DNA of 64,000 bases from Neodothiora populina. Its lineage: Eukaryota. The position numbers were made by a program, and so were the translations under genes. The DNA is taken from the NCBI RefSeq assembly GCF_041146345.1, contig NW_027191411.1, forward strand, positions 1,550,001 through 1,614,000, read 5' to 3'. The first letter of the stretch is position 1. Every line of letters starts with the position of its first letter. The notes under the pieces were generated by a model that was not told where the DNA came from, did not search any database, and saw only the letters and a list, made by a program, of their open reading frames with translations. Below, one piece after another: positions 26,253 through 39,029 of the stretch.

Positions 26253-26742
26253 CCTTGGTGTCCTCTCTTTGTGCAGTATTACACTATGTCGCATGTATAG
26301 TCGTGAATTTCCAGGGCTCTAGTGTCTCACTAGCTTTCAGCATATAAATCGGATCGATAAATAATTCCGTCCAACAGGCCTGTATACCTTGCCATAGGCG
26401 CGTCCCTGGCCGCATACAAGCGGCGGACCTTCAACACGGTGTACATGGTCCGAGCGCGTGACAGACTTGGCATCACGTGCTCAATATCGGATTGGTACCT
26501 TATTTACAATGGTAAAGACGGATCCGCTTCGTTACAGTCTGTAACTCTATAGATAAAGGCGGTCTCCTTTTGATACGATCAGAGGTATAATCGTCATGCT
26601 GGCAGGACTCTTTATAAGCTTGATGTAGAATCTAGGCTCGCAACCCGATCAATGACCGACCCATACGCCCATAAACCATATACCCACGCTAATTCGCAAG
26701 GACCATACTCGCTCTCTGATACCATCCGCAATTCTCTGTCAC

Positions 26743-28395
26743 CTACTTCTTGTCCTCCGATCCTCCAGAGAGTCCTGAGTTCCTGACCTTTTCGGCCTCT
26801 TGCTCGGCCTTGAGCTCGCGAGTCTTGGCCAGCACAACTTCTCTGAAAATTGCGCTCTTGGCCAATTTGCTCAGACTGCGCTTCCTCGTCACCTCTGGAC
26901 TCTCCTCGGGTACCTTCAGACCACCCTCGAGCGGCTTGTCACTAGCAAGAGCAGCTCCGGCTGCCTCCTTTGCGTGTGCAGGCACATCGTGCTCTGCCGC
27001 GTCTTCCTCCTCTTCCTCTTCCTGCATTCTGAGCGCCTCGATACGGTTGGCGAGTTTGACCATCTCGATTCCACGCTTGAGGCGTGCCTTGGCCATGTAT
27101 GCGCGGATTTCGGGGAGCAAGTCGTGATCTGTCGCACCCTTGCCGGATAGCCATGGATTCTTGAGCGCGTCCTATGTTTTGGTTAGCGACCGTCCAGTAT
27201 AGGGTGGATACGCCTTGTCACTTACTCCGCTCGTTGCGCGCTTGTGTGGATCAGGGACCAAGAGTGTCATGATGAAGCTCTTCGCTTCCTTGCTGACTTC
27301 CTTCCAGTAGCGGTCGTGGAAGATAACGCGGCCGTGCCTGCACTCCTCGATCAGGTCTTGTAGGTTTTCGCTGCGGAAAGGCGAGTAGCCGCAGAGTAGT
27401 GTGTAGGTAATAACACCGAGAGACCACATATCGACTGGCTTGCTATGCCCCTTCTTGAGCATGACCTCAGGAGCAGCATATCCGAATGATCCAGCCATTG
27501 TCTTCAGCACTCCGTCCGGTGTGTCGAGATGCTTGGCGATACCGAAGTCTGCAAGCACAAGCGCCGAGTCTTCGGCTTTGGTGAGGTAGAGAAGGTTCTC
27601 TGGCTTCAGATCGCGATGGACGACGTCGTTTTGGTGAAGGTAGTCCACGGCTTCCAGTACTTGGCGAATCGTCTGGGATGCGTCCTTCTCCGTGAACTTG
27701 CCCTTCTCGCAGATACGGTCAAACAGCTCACCACCGGTTGCTAGCTGTGTTACGATGTAGTATTTGTCCTGCACACGCCAAGTCAGCTTTCCCACTCCGA
27801 CTTGAGATGCCCGCGTTGCCCCAAGGGCTTACCCTTGACTCAAACCAGTCGTAGAACTTGACAATGTGAGGGTGTCTGAGTCTCTGCAACATGTCCAGCT
27901 CATCGTATACCATCTGCTCGTTGCCCTTGACGTTCTTCTTCAAGATGATCTTGATGGCAACCTTGCCTTGGGCCGAGTCGGCCTCTCTGACAATACCATA
28001 GGTGCCAGCACCCAAGGTCTTGCCGAACTTGTATTTGGCCCTATACAGCGTTCAATCAGCTGGGGTCCAATGTATCTCATGATTTTGGTCCTGGTCGGAG
28101 ACAAACTTTTTCTCATAGCTGTCAGGTTGCCCATGGAGCTTGTTGAGCATATTTGAGACTGATGGTTGGCCAAATTAGTCTTCAATAGAATCTAAGTGAT
28201 TGCGAATATCAAATATGTGCGAGTAGGGAGGTTGAAGGTAAGTGGAGTTATCAGGATGGCGGATGTTGTGGTGGCATCCTGACAGGAACCATCACTACCT
28301 TATGATAGCAATCGACGTAGACATTCATACGAAGTGGAAGTCTACCGTACTGTCTAATGATTTTGATGGAAAGGAAAGAGCGACTTACAACTCAT
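26743..28395 (-). CDS. Calcium/calmodulin-dependent protein kinase (CmkA/CMK1-2 type)
   Basis: A 7-nt first exon gives [20 protein letters not shown]. Kinase motifs [21 protein letters not shown] and APE; CaM-binding segment [16 protein letters not shown]. Confidence 0.93.
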
Positions 28396-29126
28396 GTTTG
28401 CAGCTTCCAAAGCGCAAGCAGCGCCTCCTCTTTGGTAGCTTTGATAATATTACCTGAGGTAGCTTATCTTGTTTATTGCAAGTCGCCGATTTTCTCAAAC
28501 ACCAGCACACTGCTTCGGGTTCAATCCAAAATTACACTTGGTAGTGGAGGGAAAGAATGACAGTATCAGGGTAGTTTTGGTGCCAAAGATAATTTGCTAT
28601 CTATACGGGGGGTGAGAGGTAATATTGTTGACCCATCCATCGCATGGCGCAGTCCTGAGGGTTCGGCCTAAACGCACCTTTCACGCCTGGACTAGGCCAC
28701 AAGTGGGGATCAGGCGGGGTCTCAGGTGCCTGAGCTGAGTTTCATGTATTTTCATAGACCGCCAAACCGGACGGTTTTCTATATTGCCTCTCTGATTTTT
28801 CTTGTCATTTTTCTGTTTGCTTGTCTCTTTCAGGCACACTATCCGAATCTCGTCCGTGTCCGATCCCTTCCTGAAAAGTGTTGCGTTTCGCTATATATCA
28901 CTAAGCTCGTTCCAGTGCTATCAATTTGTGACACATTCGTAACCCTCGCGATCTTGTGATGCGCACTACACCGAGTCAGTCTTGGCCCTCTCCAGGGACG
29001 CACGACGACGCGTAGGGAAGCAGCCATCAACGTCATAATTGAGGTCCGCTTTGCGTACCGATCCATGAATTAAACGGGGACTGGGGTAGGTACATTAGAT
29101 ATCGAAAATACAGGTATTCGTGCATC

Positions 29127-29945
29127 ATGGCGGCTGGCACAGGGTATAATTACAACTATTCTTCATTCCCAGGAGTAGCTTCTGATCATCGTTTCGCCCG
29201 TGATATCCTTGGATCCACCCTAACTGTACTCACTGATCGATTCAAGCCGACACCCCTCACAAAAAGACGAAATAAGCTTGACCTATATCCCAAACCATCT
29301 CCCACTACAAAACGTGTGTTTCCTCCGAACACCGACCTTCAGAACCGTAGGGTACACATTCGGTCTGAACAGATCGCAGACCAAGACGAGTCTTTTCATC
29401 GAAGCGAAGCGTATCGACATCGTCAGTCTCTCAGTCTAGCTTCACCAGGAAGCGCAGACTAATAGCATCAGTCATTCAAAACAAGCCTTTGTTGAAGGAT
29501 CCAATCTCTGCTACCCGAGACCCCAGTCTAATTAGAGCTGGGGTCCATCTTCGACGAGAAAGAATCAGATTACAGAGACGGGCTTGGGAACATCACCGCT
29601 TGGAAATTCAGGCCAAGAAACGAGAACGTGAGGTCGAGATAGAGCAACTGCAAAAACTTATCCACGATCGTGTTGCCAAAAATGCCCACAGGAACAGCCT
29701 ACGCCGCCATTCTGGCCGGGGTGGTAGCCGTACTGGTCGGCGCACTTTACATCTTCGGCATTCCTCCAGCTTGGAAACGGGCAATGGAGGAGAAGGCCCT
29801 CGAGACAATGGGAGAGAACAAGGCTTCATACCTGATGAAAGGTTGGTTTCCACAGAACGATCAGGTCTGAATTCCACTAACTGTGCATATTAGACCAGAT
29901 AAGCAAGATCCCAGCGTCGGACCAAAAGGAAGTAAGCGACATTAG
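29127..29945 (+). CDS. Putative orphan coiled-coil protein overlapping the next gene in another frame
   Basis: ORFs 29127..29462 and 29489..29893 join in frame through a candidate 50-nt intron 29422..29471 (GTCAGT..ACTAAT..CAG). Contains charged helical LEIQAKKREREVEIEQLQKL. Confidence 0.4.
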
Positions 29946-30107
29946 AAGTGGCCTTGGAAACGCCGCTGGTGGCCTGCTTCAAAACCCCATGGGCAAGGCA
30001 GTGGGAAACGTAAGCAAACACCTCTCTCACACAATCTCAAAGCCGGCTTTGACTAACGTGTTGTGTAGGCCGGAGACGAAGCCACTCGCCCTCTCACAGG
30101 TCGTTGA
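29682..30107 (+). CDS. Small single-pass membrane protein of unknown function (~105 aa, 3 exons)
   Basis: N-terminal TM, then FGIPPAWKRAMEEKALETMGENKASYLMK|DQISKIPASDQ..GN|AGDEATRPLTGR*. Canonical introns 29842..29893 and ~30010..30068. Confidence 0.8.
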
Positions 30108-30875
30108 GCTGCTTCCATGACTGAGTGGAGGTTGCAGTGACGAGACAGAGCAGTAAAGGGACATGGAGGAATCATGCCATGTTTACAGTATTCGAATGAG
30201 GCAACGCGGTTACGATCATAGCAAGATCACGATAGCATAGCTTTACACATTATGAGTAAATGCAACTTAACCTAAGAACCTGCTGTCGGGTATAAAATAG
30301 TGTAAGACACCTGGCTTTTGTACATAGCAAAGCTACCGTACGTTGCCTTACATCTGCGAGTAGTGTGCCTCGTGTGCCTTAGCCACATGCAAAGCGCCAT
30401 GCCAAGCCGGTGTCGAGCCAGGTCTGCTAGGCTACCTATCCTAGTAGTCTATTATTGTCACACGGTCTAAGAGATGCCTAAGACCTTACCTTAGGGTGCT
30501 CATTTCTGATTATTGTTCTACGAGAGGATTCTGTCGACATTACGCAAAACTTAGCTGCACTGACTTGGTTCTGTCTTGAGGGTTGTGATCTACTTCAGCT
30601 GTGTAACAACGTTGATCCGCAACAAAGTAGGCGATTCTGCCGAAGTCCGATCATCAGACACGCGACCCTGTCTGGCTCATGCGGCTCTGACTGATCGGAA
30701 CCTCACTTTCATTCCTACCTTATATTGACCCAAACGATCACTGTCATAGCGTCTCCAAAATACTGCAATATTCGACAGCAGCACTTGGCAACTTTTATGA
30801 AAGTCGTCTAGATAATAATTCTGTCCAGAGACGATTCCTCGCCCAGTCAATACAGTACCGACGTCGATCGTCAAG

Positions 30876-31575
30876 ATGATGAGCACGAAGAGATTACAGA
30901 AGGTATTCATAGGGTTGGGCGTAGTTCATTAAGTCAAGCCACTGATTACACCATAGGAACTTGTCAAGGTGCTCTAGTCCCATACTCAAGGACATAAATC
31001 GCATAAGACTAACCATCGTGTCTTGGGAAGATCAATGGTCAACTTGCACCCGGCATCACATTAGTTTCAGCGGATGATCTACGATCCTGGGTCATGGACA
31101 TTCAGGTCATGGACGCCAACCCAATCTACCAGGATCAGACATATCGCCTCAAATTTTTATTCAGTCAGAGCTATCCTATAGGTACGATTTCCATCTCGTT
31201 GTGGACGATGTAGTCCTTTCTACCTTGCTGTGCGGGTTTGCCCCTCCGAGTCTAATGTCAGCTCATCTCGGACTCCTGTAAATTGACCCTCATCAAATAG
31301 AAGCACCAGAGGTAGTGTTCGTAACCTCGGCCTCGCCTCCTCGACCCATTCCTATGCACCCGCACATATACTCAAACGGAATCATCTGTCTCGACTTGCT
31401 ATCATCTCAGGGCTGGTCTCCGGTTCAAAATGTCGAGAGCGTCTGTCTTAGCATTCAAAGCATGCTTACTGGTAATTCCAAAAATGAACGTCCACCTGGC
31501 GATGACGATTTCGTGCGCACGAATCGACTAAGGCCCAGAGACGTCAATTTTGTGTTTCACGACAGCACGGTCTAG
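30876..31575 (+). CDS. Ubiquitin-conjugating enzyme E2, UBE2W-like
   Basis: MMSTKRLQK|ELVK|INGQLAPG..SYPI|EAPEV..HPHIYSNGIICLDLL..WSP..SMLT..FHD. The HPH..SNG..C pattern fits the UBE2W group. Confidence 0.9.
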
Positions 31576-32460
31576 ATGATGGATACGGTGTACGAGTTGA
31601 TTCCAGGATCAGCATACATTTTGCGCCAGTGTGCGAGGATCGATGCTGAGCACCTATCGTTCGAGGCAAGTAAGTAAGCATTTGTAGCATTTTTCTCGGG
31701 CGTTGAGCAGGAGGCGCGGACTTGTGGGAACATTTCACGGGACAAGTCATTATCACCATAGCGTGGTATCCAGGCGAAGTGCAGCAAGGGACAACGATCG
31801 GGCTTTCAATGACTGATACAGCCACTTATCGATATCCTTGCGTTATCGAAAGAATCAGAACAAGGGCAATATGATTTCTAGTACAATGTTTTTCTTATGC
31901 AAGCAGCTCAAATGGAGCTAGATTCCGAATTTCATTGCACTTCACTCGGACCATCATCATTGCCACGAAATGATACAAGGCTCAAAATTCACACCTGACC
32001 TTGACGAATTATCTTTGTGAGGAGGACTCTGATATGCTAATTGACGTTACCTCCTAATCTAAGTCACAAGCATACGATGGACGACTATGAGAACGATGGA
32101 GAAACAATGAAGCAGCATATCGCCTGTCCTCTGCGAACATTGGCTTTCCAACGGAAGCAGGAATGAAGAACACTTCGATCTGAAACATGAGAAACAAGAT
32201 AGGTCTGACTGCTCATGTTGCTTGTGTGTGTGAAATGGAAAATGCACCCGCCTAGGTATATTCGAGCGCAGCTGGTCGCCGAGGATCAAAGGCAGCATCA
32301 GGCACAAACCGCATCCAGCCTTGTGATGCGTGTCGACCCAACACGACTAAGCGATCTACGAACAGTGAAAAACAGATGCCTGAGAATCAGACTAATGTTT
32401 ACTCTTTTGTAAGTGGGTCATCCTATCAACCATTCGCTGACCACCAGGCCGATCTTCAAC

Positions 32461-33160
32461 ATGAAGTACAATTCTCTCGAATACAAAATACAGTACATCA
32501 AAGCACTCTTCGTTGCTCGTCAGTACCGACGCTGCGTCCAGCAAAGTGAAGAGCTGCTTGGAACGGGACAATACGTGAGTACATGCAGTCTTTCCCTTCG
32601 AGGTCGGTATGACTGACACGAGCCAGACCGAACATGCTCATCATGTGTATCTTCACTTCTTCGCTGCCGTATCGTATGAGAGTCTTGGGAAGATCATGCA
32701 TGATTATTCGACAACGAAGATCCCTGCATATGCGAGTGCCGAAATCCACTATGCTGAGGCCATCGAAGCCATTACGAAGGCTCTAAGAGTGCCTCTGTTG
32801 ACGGAGCCCCAATCTGGCCAAGGGCAACACGGCAAGCCTGTATGGTCGTCAGCACATTTCGACATCGGACATGCAGAAGAACTTCCCGACACACCGACAC
32901 GTTCGCACAGGTCTATGTGGAAGCCCGACATGCGCAAAAGCACTGTGATGATCCAGCCTGCTATTCCCAACTTGTATCCGACAATTGTGACCGAGGCTTC
33001 GGCCTCTACGATGGACGATGCAGATGATCCTGTTAAACGTGCAGACAGAGCTACGATCACAACTCCGCTGAAGCCATTCAGACCGATTTCGAGTGCACAG
33101 CTACTGGAGTCAGGAGCTTTCAATTCAATCACATCTCCCGCCGACAAAGATCCCTTCAAC

Positions 33161-33204
<44 letters not shown>

Positions 33205-33781
33205 GGACCGAGCCAAGTCGTCCCTATCCCTCTTCATCAGTCCGATGCTCGGCCCGACCCCACGATACGAGCGCAGTCATAGCCCAACGCGGAGCTCCAG
33301 GTGCAGAGAATGGGCGTTGGGAGGATTGCCTTTGGACAACGCCATCAGTAATGAGAGAATCGTGGGTGTGTACGAATCACCATTGAGGACTAAACACAAC
33401 ACTCCAGAAGCACGCTACACTCAGCACCTTGCAGCTTTCAAGGTCCAGCTGCATGAATACAAGACCGAAGTCCAGCGACTCAAGACAGAGACAGTCGCAG
33501 CACAGGCTGAGCGGGCCCAGCGTCGCGCACAAATGGCACTTGGAGGTCCTGCTCCTGCAAATACCAGGCTTCCGTCCAGCAGGAGCTTCTGGTCCTTCAA
33601 GGATCCTCAAGCGGAAAAGGCTGAGATGAGAGATCGCATACGGAGAAGGAAGGCGAGTGGATGGGTCAAAGAACGTTTCGATCCGTCGAGGTATCTCGAG
33701 CTCGCTGACGTCGCGATGATGGAGCTCAGGGGACTAGTCGGTGTTGATATGGAGGAGGAAATCGGAGACTACAGTGTCTGA
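32461..33781 (+). CDS. Hypothetical protein with poly-Asp tract and C-terminal coiled coil
   Basis: ATG at 32461 and intron 32575..32626 join to the 390-aa ORF. C-terminal GWVKERFDPSRYLELA. Confidence 0.75.
33161..33202 (+). repeat. (GAT)14 coding microsatellite (poly-Asp)
   Basis: 14 perfect GAT units, matching the D14 run in the ORF. Confidence 0.95.
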
Positions 33782-34008
33782 TGTTTTGAATCGACACACT
33801 ATAACTGCGTCCAGTGTATGGGTAAACGGCTTGCGCTTCTTTTCCATACGATAGCCTTGTATAATATTGATTCTTTTGTTAGGCTGTTGTGATCCAAGTG
33901 ATAGTATTTGCAGAGTGAAGTAAGCAGATGTAACTCATGTGACAACACGATGGAGTAAGAAATCCAAGAGATATATACAGCTATATAATTACTTTTCTCA
34001 TCTTAGCA

Positions 34009-34109
34009 TCTTCCGTGGCGCAATTGGCTAGCGCGTTCGACTGTTAGCGAAAGACGTAAGTGTCTTTCCAGCAATCGAGAGGTTCCTAGTTCAAGCCTAG
34101 GCGGGAGAG
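34009..34109 (+). tRNA. tRNA-Asn(GTT) with 27-nt intron (34047..34073)
   Basis: Acceptor stem TCTTCCG/CGGGAGA, A box TGGCGCAATTGG, anticodon arm TTCGA-CT-GTT-A^A-TCGAG, T arm CCTAG-TTCAAGC-CTAGG, and a downstream T5 Pol III terminator. Confidence 0.95.
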
Positions 34110-34627
34110 ATTAGCTTTTTGCACTTCACCTCGACTCAAAGTGCTACTACACTCTTTGTGTGGTGTATGCAAATGGTGTTGCTCTTTCTTGTGATGTCTA
34201 CATATGTAACGAGGAGCAGTAGTCTATCGCAAGGTCAAACTAGCACCAACAACTACAGTTCTATGGGACGATGGTTGGTCGGGTTTGCTCTGTAAAGTGA
34301 TGCTGGCTCAGACCATTAGCAAAGGTAGATGCCGAAGTTCATCCACCGAAGTGGTATGCACCTGTACCTTCCATCTCAGTGTCTGGTTCCCTTTTGGTTA
34401 CAACAAACTGCACCTGTGTAGAAGCATTCCGACATTCACAAATACACCTCAACTAATCGCGCATCCTCTATCTTTCTATCAGCACTTCCACTGCCATCCA
34501 ATCAATCATCTATGGCAGCACCTTTTCTAGTGACGCACGCGACAATCATCTGTCCAAAGCTCTAGGAACATCACCAGACCCCGCGACCTTCTTCGTGCCG
34601 CAGTCATCTGATCATATAGCACACATC

Positions 34628-37600
34628 ATGTCTGACGGTGAGTCTGCGTCTGTGGTAGGATACAGCAGAGCGACCATAGCTGACAGCGCACCCACAGCGG
34701 AGATCAAGCGCCTGCAGGCGGAACGTAAAGGTTTCAAAGCCTTTGATCAATCAAACACACGCTCTAACCCCAACAAGACCTCTTTCACCGAGAACGCCGA
34801 CACTGAGTTATACGGCAGCGACAGCGGCGACAAGTTCGCCGGCTACAACACTTCCATCGCCGTCAACGACGATGCAGACCAGGACATGGACGATGTTGAC
34901 GGCGACGGCGACGGCGACGGCGACGGCAACGGCGAGGATTCTTCACGGCGACTGGTTGGACAATACACGGCCAGCAAGGAGATCATGAACGAGTACGCAC
35001 ATGGCGAGGAGGATATCCTGCTTGGACGCGAGGGCCAGGCTCAGATCCAGAGTCGCGAAACCGACTACCAGAAACGACGCTTCAACCGCCAGCTCAGCCC
35101 GACCCGAGCCGATCCCTACTCCAAGAACGGCGAAGAGAATGGCGCAAGCTACAAGGAGATCATGCAGCAGAGGGAGATTGAGCGCGAGGAAGAGAGAGTG
35201 CTCAAGCTGATCGCCGAAAAGCAGGCTCAGGGTGGAGATGAGATGGATGGCGTGGTCGAGCATAAGCCCACCCTGAAGCTGGACAACGGAGATGCGAATG
35301 GAGACACGAACGGCGCAGCGAAAGAGAACGGAGTCAACGGAACCGATGCTGCAGCAGCTGCACCGCGGAAGCGCAAGAACAGATGGGACACTCCGGCGAC
35401 CGACGATGCCACCAACGGCGTCAAGGCCGAAGGTGCAGTGCAGCCAAAGCGCTCGAGGTGGGACTCTACACCCGCCCCGGAGGACGGAGCTGCTGCGCCA
35501 AAGAGAAAGTCTCGATTCGACATGGCTCCTTCGCTTGCTGCTGCTACTCCTGTTGGAAACGCTGGTCTTGCCACGCCCGTTCACCCTACTCAATCCGCCA
35601 CACCAGCTTTTGGATTTGGAACAGACATCTCAGGCCGCAATGCCCCTCTTTCGGACGAAGAGCTGGACGCCATGCTGCCTTCCGAAGGTTACAAGATTCT
35701 TCCCTTCCCACCTGGCTATGAGCCGCTGCGCGCGCCCGCACATCGGGTGACAGCAACGCCCGCCTCGCTTCAGGGAGGCTTCATGATGCAGGAGTCAGTC
35801 GACCCGCGCTCGCTGGGCCAGGATCTCTCTTCTGAGCTCCAGCACATGGGCGATCTCCGCATGAAGCCCGAGGACGTTACCTACTTTGGCAAGCTGGCCG
35901 ACGGACGCAACGAGACCGAGATGAGTGTGGAAGAGCTCAAGGAGCGAAAGATCATGCGCCTCCTGCTCAAGGTGAAGAACGGCACTCCGCCAATGCGAAA
36001 GACAGCTCTTCGTCAACTCACAGACAACGCTCGCTCCTTTGGCGCCGGCCCTCTTTTTGATCAAATCTTACCACTGCTGATGGAGAAGACGCTGGAGGAC
36101 CAGGAACGGCACTTGCTGGTCAAGGTCATCGACCGTATCCTCTACAAGCTTGACGATCTCGTCCGCCCCTTCACCCACAAGATCCTCGTCGTTATCGAGC
36201 CTCTTCTCATTGATCAAGACTACTATGCCCGTGTCGAGGGCCGAGAGATCATCTCGAACTTGGCCAAGGCTGCCGGTCTTGCACACATGATCTCCACCAT
36301 GCGTCCAGATATCGATCACTCGGACGAGTATGTGCGAAACACCACAGCTCGTGCTTTCGCTGTCGTTGCGAGCGCCCTGGGCATCCCTGCCCTTCTGCCT
36401 TTCCTCCGAGCTGTGTGCAAGAGCAAAAAGTCGTGGCAGGCCAGACACACGGGTGTCAAGATCGTGCAGCAGATCCCCATCCTCATGGGTTGCGCAGTCT
36501 TGCCACATCTGAAGGGTCTGGTCGACTGTATCGGCGACAATCTGAACGATGAGCAGACCAAGGTCAGGACTGTCACAGCATTGGCTATTGCTGCACTTGC
36601 CGAGGCAGCAAATCCCTACGGTATCGAGAGCTTCGATGATATCCTGAATCCCCTCTGGACCGGTGCACGCAAGCAGCGCGGTAAGGGTCTTGCAGCCTTC
36701 CTCAAAGCAGTCGGATTCGTCGTGCCCCTCATGGATGAAGAATTTGCCAACTACTACGTCAGCCAGATCATGGAGATTTTGCTGCGAGAGTTCTCTTCGC
36801 CAGATGAGGAGATGAAGAAGGTCGTCTTGAAAGTTCTCTCGCAGTGCGCAAACACCAACGGTGTCACTGCCGCGTACCTCAAGGACACTGTCTTGGATGA
36901 CTTCTTCAAGAGTTTCTGGGTGCGCAGGATGGCCCTCGACAGACGCAACTACGTCCAGGTCGTCGAAACCACCGGCGATCTCGGCAAGAAGGTCGGATGC
37001 GGCGAGATTGTTGAACGCATCGTCGACAACCTCAAGGACGAGAGTGAAGCTTACCGAAAGATGACCATGGAGACGATCGAGAAGAGTATTGCAAGCTTAG
37101 GTGCTGCCGACATCAACGAGCGACTCGAAGAGCGTTTGGTCGACGGTATCCTTACCGCCTTTCAGGAGCAAACCGTCGAGGATGTCACTATCCTCAACGG
37201 CTTTGGCACTGTGGTGAATGCTCTTGATACTCGATGCACGCCCTACCTACCACAGATTGCTAGTACAATCCTCTTTCGAATGAGTAACAAGTCCCCTACC
37301 GTCAGACAACAGGCCGCCGATCTCATTTCACGTATTGCCATTGTCATGAAGAACTGCGGGCAAGAGGGAGCACTGGGAACGATTTCTTTGAACCTTTACG
37401 AGAATCTGGGTGAAGAATATCCCGAAGTCCTTGGTTCTGTACTCGGAGCGCTACGATCTATCGTCACCGTGGTTGGTATCAACCAGGTCAATCCACCCAT
37501 CAAAGACCTTCTCCCGCGACTGACCCCTATCCTGCGTAATCGTCACGAGAAGGTCCAAGAGAACACCATCGACTTGGTGGGTCGTATCGCAGACCGTGCG

Positions 37601-38368
37601 CCCGAAAGCGTCAACCCTCGCGAATGGATGCGCATCTGCTTCGAACTTCTCGACATGCTGAAAGCTCATAAGAAGGGTATCCGAAGAGCAGCGAACAACA
37701 CTTTTGGTTTTATCGCCAAGGCAATCGGACCCCAAGATGTCCTGGCCACGCTCCTCAACAACCTCCGCGTCCAAGAACGTCAGTCCCGCGTCTGTACTGC
37801 TGTTGCCATTGGTATCGTGGCCGAGACCTGCGCACCCTTTACCGTTCTGCCTGCTCTCATGAACGAGTACCGCGTGCCCGAGCTCAACGTGCAGAACGGT
37901 GTGCTCAAGTCCCTTTCTTTCCTGTTCGAGTATATTGGAGAAATGGCCAAAGACTACGTCTACGCCGTGACCCCTCTCCTCGAAGACGCGCTCATTGACC
38001 GCGATCAAGTCCATCGCCAGACTGCCGCCTCGGTCGTCAAGCACGTCGCGCTCGGCGTCGTCGGCCTCGGCTGCGAAGACGCAATGCTCCATCTCCTAAA
38101 CCTGCTCTTGCCCAACGTCTTCGAAACCTCGCCGCACGTCATCGACCGCATGATCGAAGCCATTGACGCTGTGCGTGTCGCCACCGGCACAGGCGTCGTG
38201 CTCAACTATGTCTGGGCTGGTCTCTTCCACCCTGCGCGTAAAGTCAGGACCCCGTACTGGAGACTCTATAACGATGCCTATGTCCACGCCGCTGATGCAA
38301 TGGTGCCGTTTTACCCTAACCTCGAGGAGGAGTCGTTGGCCAGACACGAGTTGATGGCTATCTTTTGA
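34628..38368 (+). CDS. SF3B1: U2 snRNP splicing factor 3B subunit 1 (Hsh155/Prp10)
   Basis: RWD ULM motifs, [20 protein letters not shown] and HEAT repeats ([36 protein letters not shown]). One intron 34638..34697. Confidence 0.98.
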   Translation: MSDGESASVVGYSRATIADSAPTAEIKRLQAERKGFKAFDQSNTRSNPNKTSFTENADTELYGSDSGDKFAGYNTSIAVNDDADQDMDDVDGDGDGDGDGNGEDSSRRLVGQYTASKEIMNEYAHGEEDILLGREGQAQIQSRETDYQKRRFNRQLSPTRADPYSKNGEENGASYKEIMQQREIEREEERVLKLIAEKQAQGGDEMDGVVEHKPTLKLDNGDANGDTNGAAKENGVNGTDAAAAAPRKRKNRWDTPATDDATNGVKAEGAVQPKRSRWDSTPAPEDGAAAPKRKSRFDMAPSLAAATPVGNAGLATPVHPTQSATPAFGFGTDISGRNAPLSDEELDAMLPSEGYKILPFPPGYEPLRAPAHRVTATPASLQGGFMMQESVDPRSLGQDLSSELQHMGDLRMKPEDVTYFGKLADGRNETEMSVEELKERKIMRLLLKVKNGTPPMRKTALRQLTDNARSFGAGPLFDQILPLLMEKTLEDQERHLLVKVIDRILYKLDDLVRPFTHKILVVIEPLLIDQDYYARVEGREIISNLAKAAGLAHMISTMRPDIDHSDEYVRNTTARAFAVVASALGIPALLPFLRAVCKSKKSWQARHTGVKIVQQIPILMGCAVLPHLKGLVDCIGDNLNDEQTKVRTVTALAIAALAEAANPYGIESFDDILNPLWTGARKQRGKGLAAFLKAVGFVVPLMDEEFANYYVSQIMEILLREFSSPDEEMKKVVLKVLSQCANTNGVTAAYLKDTVLDDFFKSFWVRRMALDRRNYVQVVETTGDLGKKVGCGEIVERIVDNLKDESEAYRKMTMETIEKSIASLGAADINERLEERLVDGILTAFQEQTVEDVTILNGFGTVVNALDTRCTPYLPQIASTILFRMSNKSPTVRQQAADLISRIAIVMKNCGQEGALGTISLNLYENLGEEYPEVLGSVLGALRSIVTVVGINQVNPPIKDLLPRLTPILRNRHEKVQENTIDLVGRIADRAPESVNPREWMRICFELLDMLKAHKKGIRRAANNTFGFIAKAIGPQDVLATLLNNLRVQERQSRVCTAVAIGIVAETCAPFTVLPALMNEYRVPELNVQNGVLKSLSFLFEYIGEMAKDYVYAVTPLLEDALIDRDQVHRQTAASVVKHVALGVVGLGCEDAMLHLLNLLLPNVFETSPHVIDRMIEAIDAVRVATGTGVVLNYVWAGLFHPARKVRTPYWRLYNDAYVHAADAMVPFYPNLEEESLARHELMAIF

Positions 38369-39029
38369 GTTGTTTCATGGCCCCTTGCCCTGTCCTTTCT
38401 ATTTCGGGGCTGGCTGGCCGAGCTTTTGCATTTTCACGTATTGCGCCTGCTGAGAACAATGCGAGAAGAACGGTTGAAGATCTTGTTGTAGTAGTGCTGG
38501 AAGATCCGAACAATCAAGCGAAGGATTGCAGAAAAGACTAGTAGTAAAGTCCTGTTATAATTCAGCTAGTAGTGGTACGAGAGAAAGCAATTGAAGTAGT
38601 ACAGAGATCAATCAACCAGTAGTATCACCAGAAGACCGAAACGAACACGCTCAGAGAAAGGCAGACGTATCGTCGTGCATATCCTGCTCTGCTTTTCGTC
38701 AACGACCTGATATTCCCGTTTCGTTCAATCTCGACCATCACTGCCAGAAAAGACAGAGACAACAAGGACACTTGACCATGAACCTTCATCAGTCAGAAGG
38801 CAGGCCATTCGCCAACTTGCAGATTAAAGAGTCATCGAGACGTGAAAGGAAAGTCTCGATTTTAATCTCGTTTACTATCTCATCTACACAGCCTCATATG
38901 AGCCCTAGGAGAGAGATTGAATGAGTGAATGGTCCTATGAGTGCATGGACTAGATCGATGAATAAGTGGATGATTATACGAGTGACTGGATAATGAACGG
39001 GTTTGTTAGAGCAGGTTTAGACTACACTA

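Noticed and set aside
28159..28395. 7-nt first exon and 230-nt intron of the CaM kinase as a stwintron or snoRNA host
   Set aside because: No nested donor/acceptor arrangement or clear box pair found; a single ordinary intron explains the reading frame.
37660..37710. Asn at the SF3B1 position where, as I recall, human has V1078 (splicing-modulator pocket), read as self-resistance
   Set aside because: I recall Asn here is also the budding-yeast state, and there is no PKS/NRPS cluster in the window.
34943..38347. Long antisense ORFs opposite SF3B1 (likewise opposite WBP1, RAX2, UTP12 and CPA2)
   Set aside because: These are expected shadows of codon bias in well-expressed genes.
38770..38870. 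Hammerhead ribozyme on the minus strand (CTGATGA core)
   Set aside because: No GAAA after a stem II, so the catalytic core is incomplete.
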